A stretch of 52,380 bases of DNA from Candidatus Micrarchaeota archaeon (lineage in GTDB: Archaea; Micrarchaeota; Micrarchaeia; Micrarchaeales; CABMGC01), in the NCBI GenBank assembly GCA_021817505.1, contig JAKAUU010000008.1, positions 1-52,380 of the forward strand, given 5' to 3'. The notes under the pieces were generated by a model that saw only the letters and a program-made list of their open reading frames with translations, ran no database searches and had not been told where the DNA came from. Below are positions 19,213 to 29,126 of the stretch, piece after piece. Positions within the stretch are counted from its first letter, which is position 1, and the number at the start of each line of letters is the position of its first letter. Made by a program: the position numbers and the translations under genes.

Positions 19213-21390
19213 CTATACCTTTGCCTTTTTGGCTCTCTTTGGCTTTGCAGCTTTTTTAACAGTTGCCTTGCTTCCCGGTCTCTTTTGGGATTTTGCCGGG
19301 CTCTTTGGAGGTTTTGCAGCGTTATCTTTAGAGGCTGCCTCTTCCTGCTTTATCTGAGCCGCCGTCTTGGGCTTGCCCCAGTCCTTCTTTGTCTCGCAGT
19401 TAGGATCCAGGCACATCTGGAAGACGCGCTTGCCTCTCCTGAATACCTTTACTATCGGAGTGCCGCAGAACTCGCAGTTCTTTCCGGTTGGTTTGACGAA
19501 AGAGTATTGCGGCAGAGGGTATGAGAGCTGGCAGTTATTGCACTGGACGAAGGACTTTCCGGCAGTTGACCTTCTAACTATCAGGTCACCGCCGCACTTG
19601 CACTTTCCTATGCTCGCTTCCATCTCACTCTTCTCGAGCCCTTGTGACAGCCTCTTGCCTATATCGGACTGCTTCTCCTTGAATATGTTCGTTATCTTTG
19701 TTATTATCTGCTTGCCCTCCTCTATTACATCTCCGCTTGATATCTTGCCTTTGGATATTCCTTCCATGTCCTCTTCGAGCTTTCGCGTAAGCTGTTCATC
19801 GAGTATGTCAGGGCAGTATGAATGGAGGGCATCGTATATGCTCATGCCGAAACCGGTTACCTCTATCTGCGAGTTCCTTATGTACTCCCTTCTGAATAGC
19901 GTGTCTATTATCTCGGCGCGCGTAGCCTTGGTGCCGAGCTCTTTCTCCTCGAGAGTCGCTATAAGGCTCGCCTTGTTGTATCTCCTAGGAGGCTCGGTCT
20001 TGAGCGCCCTGGACTCGATTTTCTCAACGCTAAGAGTTTCGCCCTTTGTAAAATCAGGCAGCTCCTTACTCTTCGGAGCGTAGTACTTGTATATGTCAAC
20101 CCATCCTCTTTTCAGAAGCCTGGAGCCGGATGCCCTATATCTCTCGTCGTTTATGCTTATCATGATCTCGCTGTTCTCTGTGGACGCGCTCTCCGCAAAG
20201 CATGCAAGGAACCTCCTTGTTATAAGGTCATATACATGCTGCTCCTCTGAGGTCAGCTTCTTAGGCTCCTCTCCGGTAGGGTATATTGCAGGGTGGGCTT
20301 CATCGCTCTTCTTACCTTCTATCGGCCTGAACCTGTTTGCCTGGATCAGAGGCATGACTATATCCTTGTATGCATCCAGTTTGGACAGCATGCCCAGTAT
20401 GTTCCTGAAATTAAGGGTGAATGGTAATTTCTGCGAGCTTGTTCTTGGGTATGATATGTACGACCTTTCATACAGGGACTGCGCAACTGCAAGAGTCCTG
20501 GAAGGGTCCATTTTGAAGACGCGGCTTGCCTCGAGCTGCAAAGAGGTGAGATCGAATGGGGGGAAGGGCCAGTGCTCCTTGACGTTCTTCTCTACGGATT
20601 CTACCTTTGCTTCCCTGCCTGCGCCCGATATTATGGATTCGGCTTCGTTTTTGTCGAATATTGAGCCCCTTGCTGATTCAAACTCGGTCCCGTTTACGGA
20701 TGCGAAGATCTTCCAGTAATCCTTTGAGACAAAGTTCTTTATCGCAAGCTCCCGCTCTGCCAGTAGGCTTAGGGCAGGGCCCTGGACCCTGCCTATGCTG
20801 AGTATCTTCTTCACTCCCTGAGTAGATATGGCACGCATCAGCAGCCTTGAGAGATTGATGCCCCACATCCAGTCAAGCTTATGGCGCGCCTCCCCGGCAT
20901 AGAAGTTCTCCAGGTCGAATTCCGATATCTCGTCGTAGGACCTTACAAGATCGGGCTTTGTAGTCGTAGAGAATTTCATGCGCTTTACGTTTGTTTTTGG
21001 AGGTTCGGAATTCACATTTGAATTTACGACGTATTTTATCAGGTTGCTGCCTATCACCGTTCCCTCTATATCATAGTCGCATGCGTTTATGAAGAATGAA
21101 CATTTCTTCCCTACGGAGTATATCGTGTCTATGTATTTCTTTGTAAAGTATGCGGATTTGTTCACCTTGTATGATTCTATCCATTCTACATCGAATACCG
21201 GCACATCCGAATCGCCGTGCTGTTTTATCGTGAAGAGATGTCCTGCAGCAGCAACTATGTATAAGGTGTCAGCTCCTTTCCTAATCTCATAGTATCTCAC
21301 GCCGTTTGTAACGTATGATAGAGGCTTGCCGTCATCCGCCAGAGAGTATGCTATCCTTATCGCTACGCTTGGCTTTTCTGCTATTATCAA
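19213..21390 (-). CDS. topA: DNA topoisomerase type IA with zinc ribbons and Lys/Ala-rich tail
   Basis: TOPRIM IIAEKP and ACDYDIEG, SIGRVQ, catalytic ISYPRT, LGT.ATR. TTG start. Confidence 0.95.
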   Translation of the reverse strand: MIIAEKPSVAIRIAYSLADDGKPLSYVTNGVRYYEIRKGADTLYIVAAAGHLFTIKQHGDSDVPVFDVEWIESYKVNKSAYFTKKYIDTIYSVGKKCSFFINACDYDIEGTVIGSNLIKYVVNSNVNSEPPKTNVKRMKFSTTTKPDLVRSYDEISEFDLENFYAGEARHKLDWMWGINLSRLLMRAISTQGVKKILSIGRVQGPALSLLAERELAIKNFVSKDYWKIFASVNGTEFESARGSIFDKNEAESIISGAGREAKVESVEKNVKEHWPFPPFDLTSLQLEASRVFKMDPSRTLAVAQSLYERSYISYPRTSSQKLPFTLNFRNILGMLSKLDAYKDIVMPLIQANRFRPIEGKKSDEAHPAIYPTGEEPKKLTSEEQHVYDLITRRFLACFAESASTENSEIMISINDERYRASGSRLLKRGWVDIYKYYAPKSKELPDFTKGETLSVEKIESRALKTEPPRRYNKASLIATLEEKELGTKATRAEIIDTLFRREYIRNSQIEVTGFGMSIYDALHSYCPDILDEQLTRKLEEDMEGISKGKISSGDVIEEGKQIITKITNIFKEKQSDIGKRLSQGLEKSEMEASIGKCKCGGDLIVRRSTAGKSFVQCNNCQLSYPLPQYSFVKPTGKNCEFCGTPIVKVFRRGKRVFQMCLDPNCETKKDWGKPKTAAQIKQEEAASKDNAAKPPKSPAKSQKRPGSKATVKKAAKPKRAKKAKV

Positions 21391-21416
21391 CTTGTTTATC
21401 CAACCGCCTCGGTTAT

Positions 21417-21680
21417 TCAGCCCTGTTTGCGCCTCTGCTTCCTTGCCCGCTTTGCCTTGTTTGTCTTGCCGCCCTTTGCTTTTGGAGAAGCAGTATTGTC
21501 AACATGGGAGATATTTCTTGAAAGATATAATCCTGCTATTATTACAAGCACTACGCATGCATAGAATATTTCAGGTATGTTGAATATGAATGGTGAGAAT
21601 AAGATTGCGATTATTCCCAATAGTGCTACTATTAACGAGACCGCCATCAATTTATTCTCATCATCAACATAGACATCCAT
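21417..21680 (-). CDS. Small 2-TM membrane protein with basic tail
   Basis: ATG start, two hydrophobic segments, K/R-rich C-terminus, co-oriented with topA. Confidence 0.6.
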   Translation of the reverse strand: MDVYVDDENKLMAVSLIVALLGIIAILFSPFIFNIPEIFYACVVLVIIAGLYLSRNISHVDNTASPKAKGGKTNKAKRARKQRRKQG

Positions 21681-21752
21681 GCATTCAATTCAAGGTAATG
21701 TTAAAGATTATAATAGCTTATGGTAGGAAATTGTAATGGTAAAGGCCTCATT

Positions 21753-22106
21753 ATGGATACGCTGCTGATAGTATTGGTAACATTCATAGCTGCTTTCTTT
21801 GCGGCGCTTGCACAGTATTTCTTCAAAGGGGCTCTTCCCAGATTCAGTTTCAACCTTAAGGAGATGCTTGCCCTTTTCAAGAACAGGGGAGTCATAATAG
21901 GGATAATAGTATATCTGATAGGGCTTGCATTCTATCTGTATGCGCTTAAGTCAGGGGAGCTCTCATTTGTCTATCCCGTATTCTCCATAATCTTTGTCTT
22001 CGTGGCATTGATAGGCATGATTAAGTTCAAGGAAAAGCTTGGAATGAAAAGGGTCCTTGGCCTTGCGTTGATAGTGCTTGGCATAATAGTCATAGCGCTT
22101 ACATAG
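21753..22106 (+). CDS. EamA/SMR-type (DMT superfamily) 4-TM transporter subunit
   Basis: AQYFFK.A, ALKSGELSFVYP, FKEKL...RVLGLALIVLG. Likely start is ATG 21753. Confidence 0.85.
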   Translation: MDTLLIVLVTFIAAFFAALAQYFFKGALPRFSFNLKEMLALFKNRGVIIGIIVYLIGLAFYLYALKSGELSFVYPVFSIIFVFVALIGMIKFKEKLGMKRVLGLALIVLGIIVIALT

Positions 22107-22114
22107 ATGAGTTC

Positions 22115-22456
22115 ATGAAAAAGGATAGCAAACTTTTCTTTATAGTCCTCCTTGTATTCAGCACTTCCTTAGGCGGAGTGGGCCAGTTCCTATTCAAGGA
22201 GGGGCTCCTTCAGTCAGGATTGTACCTTGAGATCCTGATAATAGCGATCGGCATACTCGCGTATGTGATATCAACTGCAGTATACTTCTACACTCTTGCC
22301 AGGACGCACCTAAGCTGGGCATACGGCTTTGGAGGGATAAGCTACATAGTGGCGGAGCTTCTGGCATACTTCATTCTCCTTGAGCCTGTAGGGATAGCCA
22401 GATGGATCGGCGTGCTGATAATAGCGGTAGGCACAGCTCTTGTGGGGCTCAGCTGA
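22115..22456 (+). CDS. EamA/SMR-type 4-TM transporter subunit (ArnE/F-like partner)
   Basis: GQFLFK.G, LSWAY, LLEPV...RWIG..II..G. Tandem with the preceding paralog. Confidence 0.82.
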   Translation: MKKDSKLFFIVLLVFSTSLGGVGQFLFKEGLLQSGLYLEILIIAIGILAYVISTAVYFYTLARTHLSWAYGFGGISYIVAELLAYFILLEPVGIARWIGVLIIAVGTALVGLS

Positions 22457-22505
22457 GCAGCCCATATGCTATTTTATTCTTAGCAGGTTTAATTGGATAG
22501 GTTGA

Positions 22506-23378
22506 ATGCTTCCAGAATGGTTGGTTGTTGGGCCAGTTACAACTGAACGTTATGCACATGTGAAGAACAGGGTGAATGAGCTCTCGCTGCATACCGTATG
22601 TGTAGAAGCCGGATGCCCGAATATAACGGAGTGCTGGAGCGGAGGGACTGCTACCTTCATGGTGCTCGGGAGCAGATGCACCCGTGGATGCAGGTTCTGC
22701 GCAGTGAACAAGAGCGCGACGGGAGAGACTGTTGATGATCAAGAACCGGTAAAGCTAGCGAAGCTGATAAAGGAGTGGGGCTTGAGCTATGTTGTCATAA
22801 CATCGGTTGCGAGAGATGATCTTGCAGACCAGGGCTCCCTTCACTTCGCAGAGTGCGTGAAGGCGATAAAGAGAGAGAATCCCGGGACCATAATCGAGGT
22901 CCTCATACCTGATTTCCAGGGAGACGAGAGGCTTTTGAAGAACATTGTTGACGCACAGCCGGATGTCATAGGCAATAACATTGAGACCGTTGAAAGGCTG
23001 AGCAAAGAGGCCAGGGACAGGCGGGCGGATTACTGGCAGAGCATAGGGCTTCTGCAGAGAGTGAAGGCGCTCGACAAAGGAGTATACACCAAGTCTGCGA
23101 TGATGCTTGGCATAGGGGAGACCCGCGATGAAGTGGTGCAGAGCCTGAAGGATCTCAGGAATGCAAATGTTGATTTTGTTGCGATAGGGCAGTATCTGAA
23201 ACCGAAGGGGCACCACATGGTGGTAAAGGAGTTCATACGGCCTGAGGTATTTGAAGAGTATAGAAGGATTGGGACAGAATTAGGGTTCAGATATGTTGCA
23301 GCCGGTCCGTTCGTAAGAAGCTCGTATAGGGCAGGAGAGCATTTTGTAGCGAATGTGATCGGAAGAGCTGCTCATTGA
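22506..23378 (+). CDS. lipA: Lipoyl synthase (radical SAM)
   Basis: CVEAGCPNITEC (CX4CX5C), CTRGCRFC (CX3CX2C), GQYL and VRSSY. Confidence 0.96.
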   Translation: MLPEWLVVGPVTTERYAHVKNRVNELSLHTVCVEAGCPNITECWSGGTATFMVLGSRCTRGCRFCAVNKSATGETVDDQEPVKLAKLIKEWGLSYVVITSVARDDLADQGSLHFAECVKAIKRENPGTIIEVLIPDFQGDERLLKNIVDAQPDVIGNNIETVERLSKEARDRRADYWQSIGLLQRVKALDKGVYTKSAMMLGIGETRDEVVQSLKDLRNANVDFVAIGQYLKPKGHHMVVKEFIRPEVFEEYRRIGTELGFRYVAAGPFVRSSYRAGEHFVANVIGRAAH

Positions 23379-24454
23379 ACTAGCTTGTATGATGAGCCGC
23401 GCCATACTATCCTCTTCATCATCCTTGCAGAGACCAGATTATACAGATAGATGAACGGCATCAGCAGAACTATGGCTGCAATCATCGGGTCTTTGGTTCT
23501 TGTCCTGGCGTAGCTCCTCTTCAGGCTTGTCAGAAGATGTGCGAAGAGCAGGATGAATGTTGGAGAGACTGTAGCGGAAAGATATGCGCCCGATATAAGT
23601 ACGAAGATCTCGGAGAAGTAGAAGAATATGCCTCTCCTGAAGTTATTCGGGTAGCCAAGGAGGGTCAGTGCCGTCTGCCTGTTTGCCCACTCTGCAAACT
23701 GCATGGGATTGTCCTTTGTCCTTATCATAGGCTGCGCTTCCTTCACATATGCTATTCCCAGCTTTTTGCTCTTGCATATCTTGGTCAGCGTTATGTCATC
23801 CGATACCGAGTATCTTGAATTCACAAAATAATGAATGCTGTCCTTGACAAGGTCCTTCCTGAAGGCCATGGTGCCTCCCCATGCGAATCTGCTCTTCCTG
23901 TTCTCCAGAAGATTCTCCCCGACGAAATTCCAGACCATCTTTACCTTTGACCAGAAACCTCCGATTGGGACGAAGTGCGGATAGGTAGTAGCTATGCCAA
24001 TCCTCTTATCTGCAAGGGGAGCGACTATGGAGCTCAACCATGAGCCATTTACCATTATGTCAGAGTCTGCGACAACGTAAGCCTCGTAGTTCCTGAATCT
24101 CGACAGGGCCGAGGCTATCGCCCTTACCTTTCCGCTCGCCCTTGCACTTTTTACGCTTGATATTATGTGCTTTATCCCTGCTTTTCTTATCTCGGTTGCA
24201 GCCGGATCATCTTCCGAATCTATGACAGCAACTACGTCATACTTCAGATACCTCTGCTTCTTGATTGAGATTAAATTTTCTACAAGGCCGAGGTCCGGAC
24301 CTTTGCAAGGAATTATGATTAGAGTCTTTGGTTCGTAATGCTTTTTCCGAAGCTCTTCCTTCCCGCGGAATAGGCGTGCTGCGTCTATGCCTATCAGCAT
24401 TGTAGCAAGAAGAACCGCGAGCGCTTCTAAAATTTCCAGTGGAAGATTTGCCAT
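23372..24454 (-). CDS. GT2/GT21 (ceramide glucosyltransferase-like) membrane glycosyltransferase
   Basis: N-terminal TM, IIPCKG, SGKV, ADSD, WGG.MAFR, SDD, W..RQ, C-terminal TMs, IVWRG..Y. Confidence 0.85.
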   Translation of the reverse strand: MANLPLEILEALAVLLATMLIGIDAARLFRGKEELRKKHYEPKTLIIIPCKGPDLGLVENLISIKKQRYLKYDVVAVIDSEDDPAATEIRKAGIKHIISSVKSARASGKVRAIASALSRFRNYEAYVVADSDIMVNGSWLSSIVAPLADKRIGIATTYPHFVPIGGFWSKVKMVWNFVGENLLENRKSRFAWGGTMAFRKDLVKDSIHYFVNSRYSVSDDITLTKICKSKKLGIAYVKEAQPMIRTKDNPMQFAEWANRQTALTLLGYPNNFRRGIFFYFSEIFVLISGAYLSATVSPTFILLFAHLLTSLKRSYARTRTKDPMIAAIVLLMPFIYLYNLVSARMMKRIVWRGSSYKLVQ

Positions 24455-24504
24455 CAGGGATAGCTTAATTAAGATACTTTATTATACTATTCTCAGCTGT
24501 TCGG

Positions 24505-25542
24505 ATGTACCATACTTTCCAGACGATAATAATACCTGGGATATTGGCTTTTGCTGCCGCGTATGTAGGCATAGGTTTCCTTAAGAGATACCTTTATGGT
24601 GCAGGCATAGTCGCAGAAGACAGGAACAAGGAGAAGAGAGTGAAGCTGCCTAGCAGCGCAGGGCTTGGCTTTGCGTTTGGGATAGTCATAGGCATACTCG
24701 CGTATACTTTTGGCGGCTCGTTCATCTATGCCCCGGTGATAAACGTGTCTACGCTCCTATCAGTAGCACTCTCCATATTGCTAATAACAATGGTTGGATT
24801 CCTAGATGATATAAACGTGAAGCAGACCAGGGTGAAGAGCACAGGCATGATGGACATAAGGCAGGGGCTTAAGCAGTGGCAGAAGCCGATACTCACGATT
24901 CTTGGGGCGCTTCCACTCATGGCGATAAACGCAGGCGTGCACATGGTTGACCTGCCCTTCGTAGGAACAGTCAGTCTCGGGATAATATATCCGCTCATAC
25001 TGCTGCCGCTTGCCGTGATCTTCGTATCTAATTCCGTAAATCTCCTTGGCGGTTTTGACGGTCTGCAGCCTTTGATGGCCTTGGCTGCTGCTATCGGTTT
25101 GCTGATATACTGCATAATATTCGGCACTTACGTAGGTGCATTCCTCTCAGCACTCCTATGCGCTGCGCTCCTTGCCATGCTCCCGTTCAACCTATACAAG
25201 GCAAAGGTAGTCCCTGGAGACAGCTTCACCTATGCCGTAGGGGCTACTATGGTTGCCATAATGGTTATGGGCAATGCAGAATCATTCGGAATAATAATAT
25301 TCATACCTTGGATGATAGAATTCCTGCTTCACTTGAGGAAGAGGTTCAAGGTTACGGATCTGGGCATAAGGCAGAAGGACGGGACCTTCAAGGCGCCTTA
25401 TGGAAAGAGGATATACAGCTTGACGCATGTCGTTATGAACCTTAAGAAGGCGAAGGAGACGGATGTAGCATACTATCTGACAGCTCTTGAGGTCCTCTTT
25501 GTAGTGATAGCGTTTGCACTTAAACTAACGGGGCATCTGTAA
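24505..25542 (+). CDS. aglH: UDP-GlcNAc:polyprenyl(dolichyl)-phosphate GlcNAc-1-P transferase (MraY/GPT family, AglH-like)
   Basis: D.NK...P...G, GFLDD, N..N..GGFDGL, FN.Y.AKV.PGD, about 10 TM segments. Confidence 0.8.
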   Translation: MYHTFQTIIIPGILAFAAAYVGIGFLKRYLYGAGIVAEDRNKEKRVKLPSSAGLGFAFGIVIGILAYTFGGSFIYAPVINVSTLLSVALSILLITMVGFLDDINVKQTRVKSTGMMDIRQGLKQWQKPILTILGALPLMAINAGVHMVDLPFVGTVSLGIIYPLILLPLAVIFVSNSVNLLGGFDGLQPLMALAAAIGLLIYCIIFGTYVGAFLSALLCAALLAMLPFNLYKAKVVPGDSFTYAVGATMVAIMVMGNAESFGIIIFIPWMIEFLLHLRKRFKVTDLGIRQKDGTFKAPYGKRIYSLTHVVMNLKKAKETDVAYYLTALEVLFVVIAFALKLTGHL

Positions 25543-25579
25543 TAGATGTTACTTGCGTTTTCAGCAGTATGCAATTTAT

Positions 25580-25879
25580 TCAGAACGGATTTGCGCCCTC
25601 TTTTAATGCAGAACCGTGAAGCATGCTCAAGCCCTCGGTTATGCTCTCGTCTAATTCCTTGTCGTCAAAAAGCGCAAGCAGTATGTCTTCGCTCTTTATC
25701 AGCTTCCTGCCCGCATGCCCTGCGTACTTTATCGCCTCCTGGGCTATAGAATCAGCAAAGCTCTCAAGCTCCATCTCAAGGTCGAGAACCGCGTCTTCGG
25801 ATATCCGTTCCGCACCCGCTTCCCTTATGAACTGCTCCACATCATATAAACTGAATTTCCTGTTTCCCGCTTTTCCCAA
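25580..25879 (-). CDS. Archaeal histone-fold protein with acidic C-terminal extension
   Basis: AGAERISEDA...A.HAGRK.IK.EDI.LA matches the HMf-type fold. TTG start preceded by a GGTGA SD. Confidence 0.88.
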   Translation of the reverse strand: MGKAGNRKFSLYDVEQFIREAGAERISEDAVLDLEMELESFADSIAQEAIKYAGHAGRKLIKSEDILLALFDDKELDESITEGLSMLHGSALKEGANPF

Positions 25880-25964
25880 TCACTCACCAAAAGTAAAGTG
25901 GTATATAGTTTGTGGGAAGCTTTAAAAGGATTATAACGTGCGATGAATAGTGGCATAACACGTT

Positions 25965-27158
25965 TTATTTGTACCTTAAAAGCGCCCCTATTCCGCCGAA
26001 TCCCATCATGAACTGCTTGCCGTAGGAGCTCTCTTCGGATACGAATACGGTCTCGGTCCCGGCATGGTCTGCCGTCTCTATCAGCTCCTCGATCGCATCC
26101 TCCTCCTTTACTATCTCAAGCTTTCCTCCGCAGCTGTGCTTCTGCTGGCGCTGCCTGCCTATCTCCATCGCCTCGAAGGTTGTGCCATCGTTGGTGCATT
26201 TGTATGTTACTCTCGTTATCTCAAGAGCCTCGCTTATTATCAGCTTTGATGCCTGGTCCGCATCAAGTGCGGCCTTGGTATTCGCATAGCCATGGACAGC
26301 TAGCCCGTTTACCGCCGTCTCCTTTATGAAGCGCTCTATTATATTCCGTTCCTGTGCTGCCTCCTGCTCCTTTAACAGGTCTGATGCCTTCTCCACAAGC
26401 TCATGCAGGCCATACTCATCGGTATAGCCCGTATCGTATACTCCTAGAAGCTTTACCTGGTAGTTGAGCTTATCCGCTTTTGCGAAGCCCTCTTTAGTAG
26501 GCCCTGGTCCTCCCAGGATTACTCCCTTTACCTTGAAATCGACCTGCGTGCAGTAGCTGTTCACCACCTCAGCCACCCTGGTATGGTACTCGCCTATGCT
26601 CTCCTCTATTCCACGCGCGTATCTTCCTGCAGACTGCCCTCCCTTCCTGACCTTTGCGTGCACCATCGAGTTTAACTTCTTTATGACCTGTATGTGATGG
26701 CCCTTAAGGGTTGCGATCGTCGCTTCCCTTCCATCCATAACCACCAGCACATACACGTCCTTGTTGGACATCATCGCCTCAAGCGGCTCTAGCAGGAAGG
26801 TCGAATCGCATCTGTATATGTTCACCTTTAGGGGCTGCGGAGGCTCCATGGAGAATAGCCCTATCTCGGTCCTACCGGGATTGTCCGATACGTTTCCTGC
26901 AAATATGGCTATGCCGTTTTGTGGAGTCTCCCTGAACAGTTTGAGATACTGTATTATCTTGTCCAGGGCGCTCTGTACGTTTAACCTTACTGATTTCGAC
27001 TTTATGTTAGATGACTGGGAGTACTCTTCACGGAGCTTTGCCGTTTCTTCGGAAAGCTGGTAGCCCGCAGGTATGTATACGCTGATCAGCTCCGTACCGT
27101 AACCGCGCACCCCTTTGAGCTTCCTTATCTCCTTGTTAATACTGTATTCATTTTTCAT
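25965..27158 (-). CDS. prf1: Peptide chain release factor aRF1
   Basis: GTELISVYIP, NIKS, YRCDS, GGQS, FGGIGALLRY. Confidence 0.97.
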   Translation of the reverse strand: MKNEYSINKEIRKLKGVRGYGTELISVYIPAGYQLSEETAKLREEYSQSSNIKSKSVRLNVQSALDKIIQYLKLFRETPQNGIAIFAGNVSDNPGRTEIGLFSMEPPQPLKVNIYRCDSTFLLEPLEAMMSNKDVYVLVVMDGREATIATLKGHHIQVIKKLNSMVHAKVRKGGQSAGRYARGIEESIGEYHTRVAEVVNSYCTQVDFKVKGVILGGPGPTKEGFAKADKLNYQVKLLGVYDTGYTDEYGLHELVEKASDLLKEQEAAQERNIIERFIKETAVNGLAVHGYANTKAALDADQASKLIISEALEITRVTYKCTNDGTTFEAMEIGRQRQQKHSCGGKLEIVKEEDAIEELIETADHAGTETVFVSEESSYGKQFMMGFGGIGALLRYK

Positions 27159-27178
27159 GGTAAAAACCGCAGCAGTGG

Positions 27179-28483
27179 CTACTGCTTAGTTATCCTGTCC
27201 TTGCCCATGTACTTGACAAGGGCATCGGGAACCTTTATCGTGCCGTTGCCTTCAGCATAATTCTCAACTATCGCCACTATGGCCCTCTCTACTGCAATTG
27301 CAGTAGAGTTTAGAGTATGTACGTATTTGCGCTCTCCAGACTTGTCATACCTGATGTCGAGCCTCATTGACTGCCAGTCCGTGCAGTTTGAGCATGAGAC
27401 CATCTCACGGTACTTTCCCTGAACAGGCATGAATGCCTCTAGGTCGTACTTCTTTGCTGCTACTGTGCCTATATCTCCGGTGCAGATGTTGATTATGTGG
27501 TATGGTATGCCCAACTTCTTGAATAGCTCCTCGCTGTTCCCAATCAGCTCATCGAAGAATCTGTATGAATTCTCCTGCTCTGCGAATATGAACTGCTCAA
27601 CCTTATAGAACTGGTGCACTCTGAAGATTCCCTTCGTATCCTTCCCATGGGAGCCTGCCTCCCTCCTGAAACACGGGCTTATCCCTATCAGCTTAAGCGG
27701 AAGCTCCTTCGCTGCGAATGTATGTCCTGCATACATTGCGGCCATGGTGTGCTCAGATGTGCCTATCATATACAGGTCTTCATCTGTCTTCTCATAATCA
27801 TTTTTGCTCTCTGCTTCCTTAGGGTCGGTAACCTTGTACAGCGTCTCCTCGAAATCACCAAGAGGTGCGGCGCCTCTGAAGTACTCCTTCCTCATCATCA
27901 GAGGAGGAGATATTAGAGTATAGCCCTTTGCAACCAGCTCATCTATGGCAAACCTTATCAGTGACTGCTCCAGCAGGGCTATATCCCCTTTAAGATAATA
28001 GAAACGTGCGCCGGATACCTTTGCCGCAGCTTCCAGATCCAGGAGACCCATTTTAGTGAGTAGTTCTTCATGGCCTGGAATATTCTTTGGTAGAGCGTTT
28101 CCGTGCTTGCTTATCTCTTTGTTCTGCGAGTCATCCGCACCGTACGGTACGCTCTTGTCAAGTATGTTTGGCATGTTCCAGAGCAGATTCTTAAGTTTCT
28201 GCTCGTCATCAGGCAGCTCCTTCTCAAGGCCATCCAGCTTGCTCTTTATCTCGGAAACCTTCTCTGTTTTTTCCTTGTCAATGCTATTCTCTTTTTTCTT
28301 CTTCTCTGCAATTTCAAGGCTGAGCCTGTTCCTCTCGGCCCTCAGCTGCTGGATCTCTACGTTTGCCTTCCTTAGCTTCTCATCAAGTTTCAGCATCTCT
28401 TCTACAGGGTAATCGGACTTCCTCCTTGCCATAGATTCCCTTATCGCATCTATGTTTTCCCTAAGATACCTGCTTGTAAGCAT
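27179..28483 (-). CDS. serS: Serine--tRNA ligase
   Basis: N-terminal coiled coil, GTSEH, motif 2 FRREAG...GIFRVHQF.KVEQF, SCSNCTDWQ, HTLNST...ER. Confidence 0.97.
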   Translation of the reverse strand: MLTSRYLRENIDAIRESMARRKSDYPVEEMLKLDEKLRKANVEIQQLRAERNRLSLEIAEKKKKENSIDKEKTEKVSEIKSKLDGLEKELPDDEQKLKNLLWNMPNILDKSVPYGADDSQNKEISKHGNALPKNIPGHEELLTKMGLLDLEAAAKVSGARFYYLKGDIALLEQSLIRFAIDELVAKGYTLISPPLMMRKEYFRGAAPLGDFEETLYKVTDPKEAESKNDYEKTDEDLYMIGTSEHTMAAMYAGHTFAAKELPLKLIGISPCFRREAGSHGKDTKGIFRVHQFYKVEQFIFAEQENSYRFFDELIGNSEELFKKLGIPYHIINICTGDIGTVAAKKYDLEAFMPVQGKYREMVSCSNCTDWQSMRLDIRYDKSGERKYVHTLNSTAIAVERAIVAIVENYAEGNGTIKVPDALVKYMGKDRITKQ

Positions 28484-28561
28484 AATCTATCACTGCCATT
28501 AATCATATAAATTAAGAATAGGCAACTAATATATACTCGTATATTTATTTATTACATGCCT

Positions 28562-28647
28562 GCAGGGGTGGCAGAGTTTGGCCAAATGCGACGGGCTTAG
28601 GACCCGTTTCCTTTGTGGATGCGAGAGTTCAAATCTCTCCCCCTGCA
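28562..28647 (+). tRNA. tRNA-Leu(TAG)
   Basis: Acceptor GCAGGGG/CCCCTGC+A, anticodon arm ACGGG-CT TAG GA-CCCGT, long variable arm, T arm GAGAG-TTCAAAT-CTCTC. CCA not encoded. Confidence 0.95.
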
Positions 28648-28671
28648 TATTAAAAAACCCGGGTTGATGCA

Positions 28672-29106
28672 ATGGATATGCGCATAGAGGAAGTAACCTC
28701 GGAAAAAGAGAAAGAAGCCAAGGAATATGCTGCCAGGGAATGGAACGAGTGGGGCAAAAAGAATGGTTATGCCCATAATGTGAAGATGTACGCATTTGCC
28801 GCGTATGTAGATAACAAAATTATAGGGTATATGGCTCTAAGAATAGACGGCGGTGCTGCGTATCTTCAGCAATTGATAGTCTCTGATGCTGCGAAGAAAA
28901 ACGGCGTTGGCACAGCACTTCTTAAGAAATTTGAAAGTTTCGCAAGACAAAACAAATGCCATCTGGCATATCTGGAAACCCATGAAAAAAACGTAGCCGC
29001 ACTGTCATTGTATAAAAGCAACGGCTATACGATAGCCGCTACCCTGGAAAATAATAGATTCCATTTCACATGGTACATTCTATCAAAAGAACTGAAAGAC
29101 GAGTAA
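28672..29106 (+). CDS. GNAT family N-acetyltransferase
   Basis: L.V.....KNGVGTALL (acetyl-CoA motif A), LET...N..A..LY...GY. Confidence 0.9.
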   Translation: MDMRIEEVTSEKEKEAKEYAAREWNEWGKKNGYAHNVKMYAFAAYVDNKIIGYMALRIDGGAAYLQQLIVSDAAKKNGVGTALLKKFESFARQNKCHLAYLETHEKNVAALSLYKSNGYTIAATLENNRFHFTWYILSKELKDE

Positions 29107-29126
29107 CTTATCATATTGCTAGTGAA

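Noticed and set aside
28656..28665. Palindrome AACCCGGGTT after tRNA-Leu
   Set aside because: Only 10 bp with no loop or second copy, so compatible with chance.
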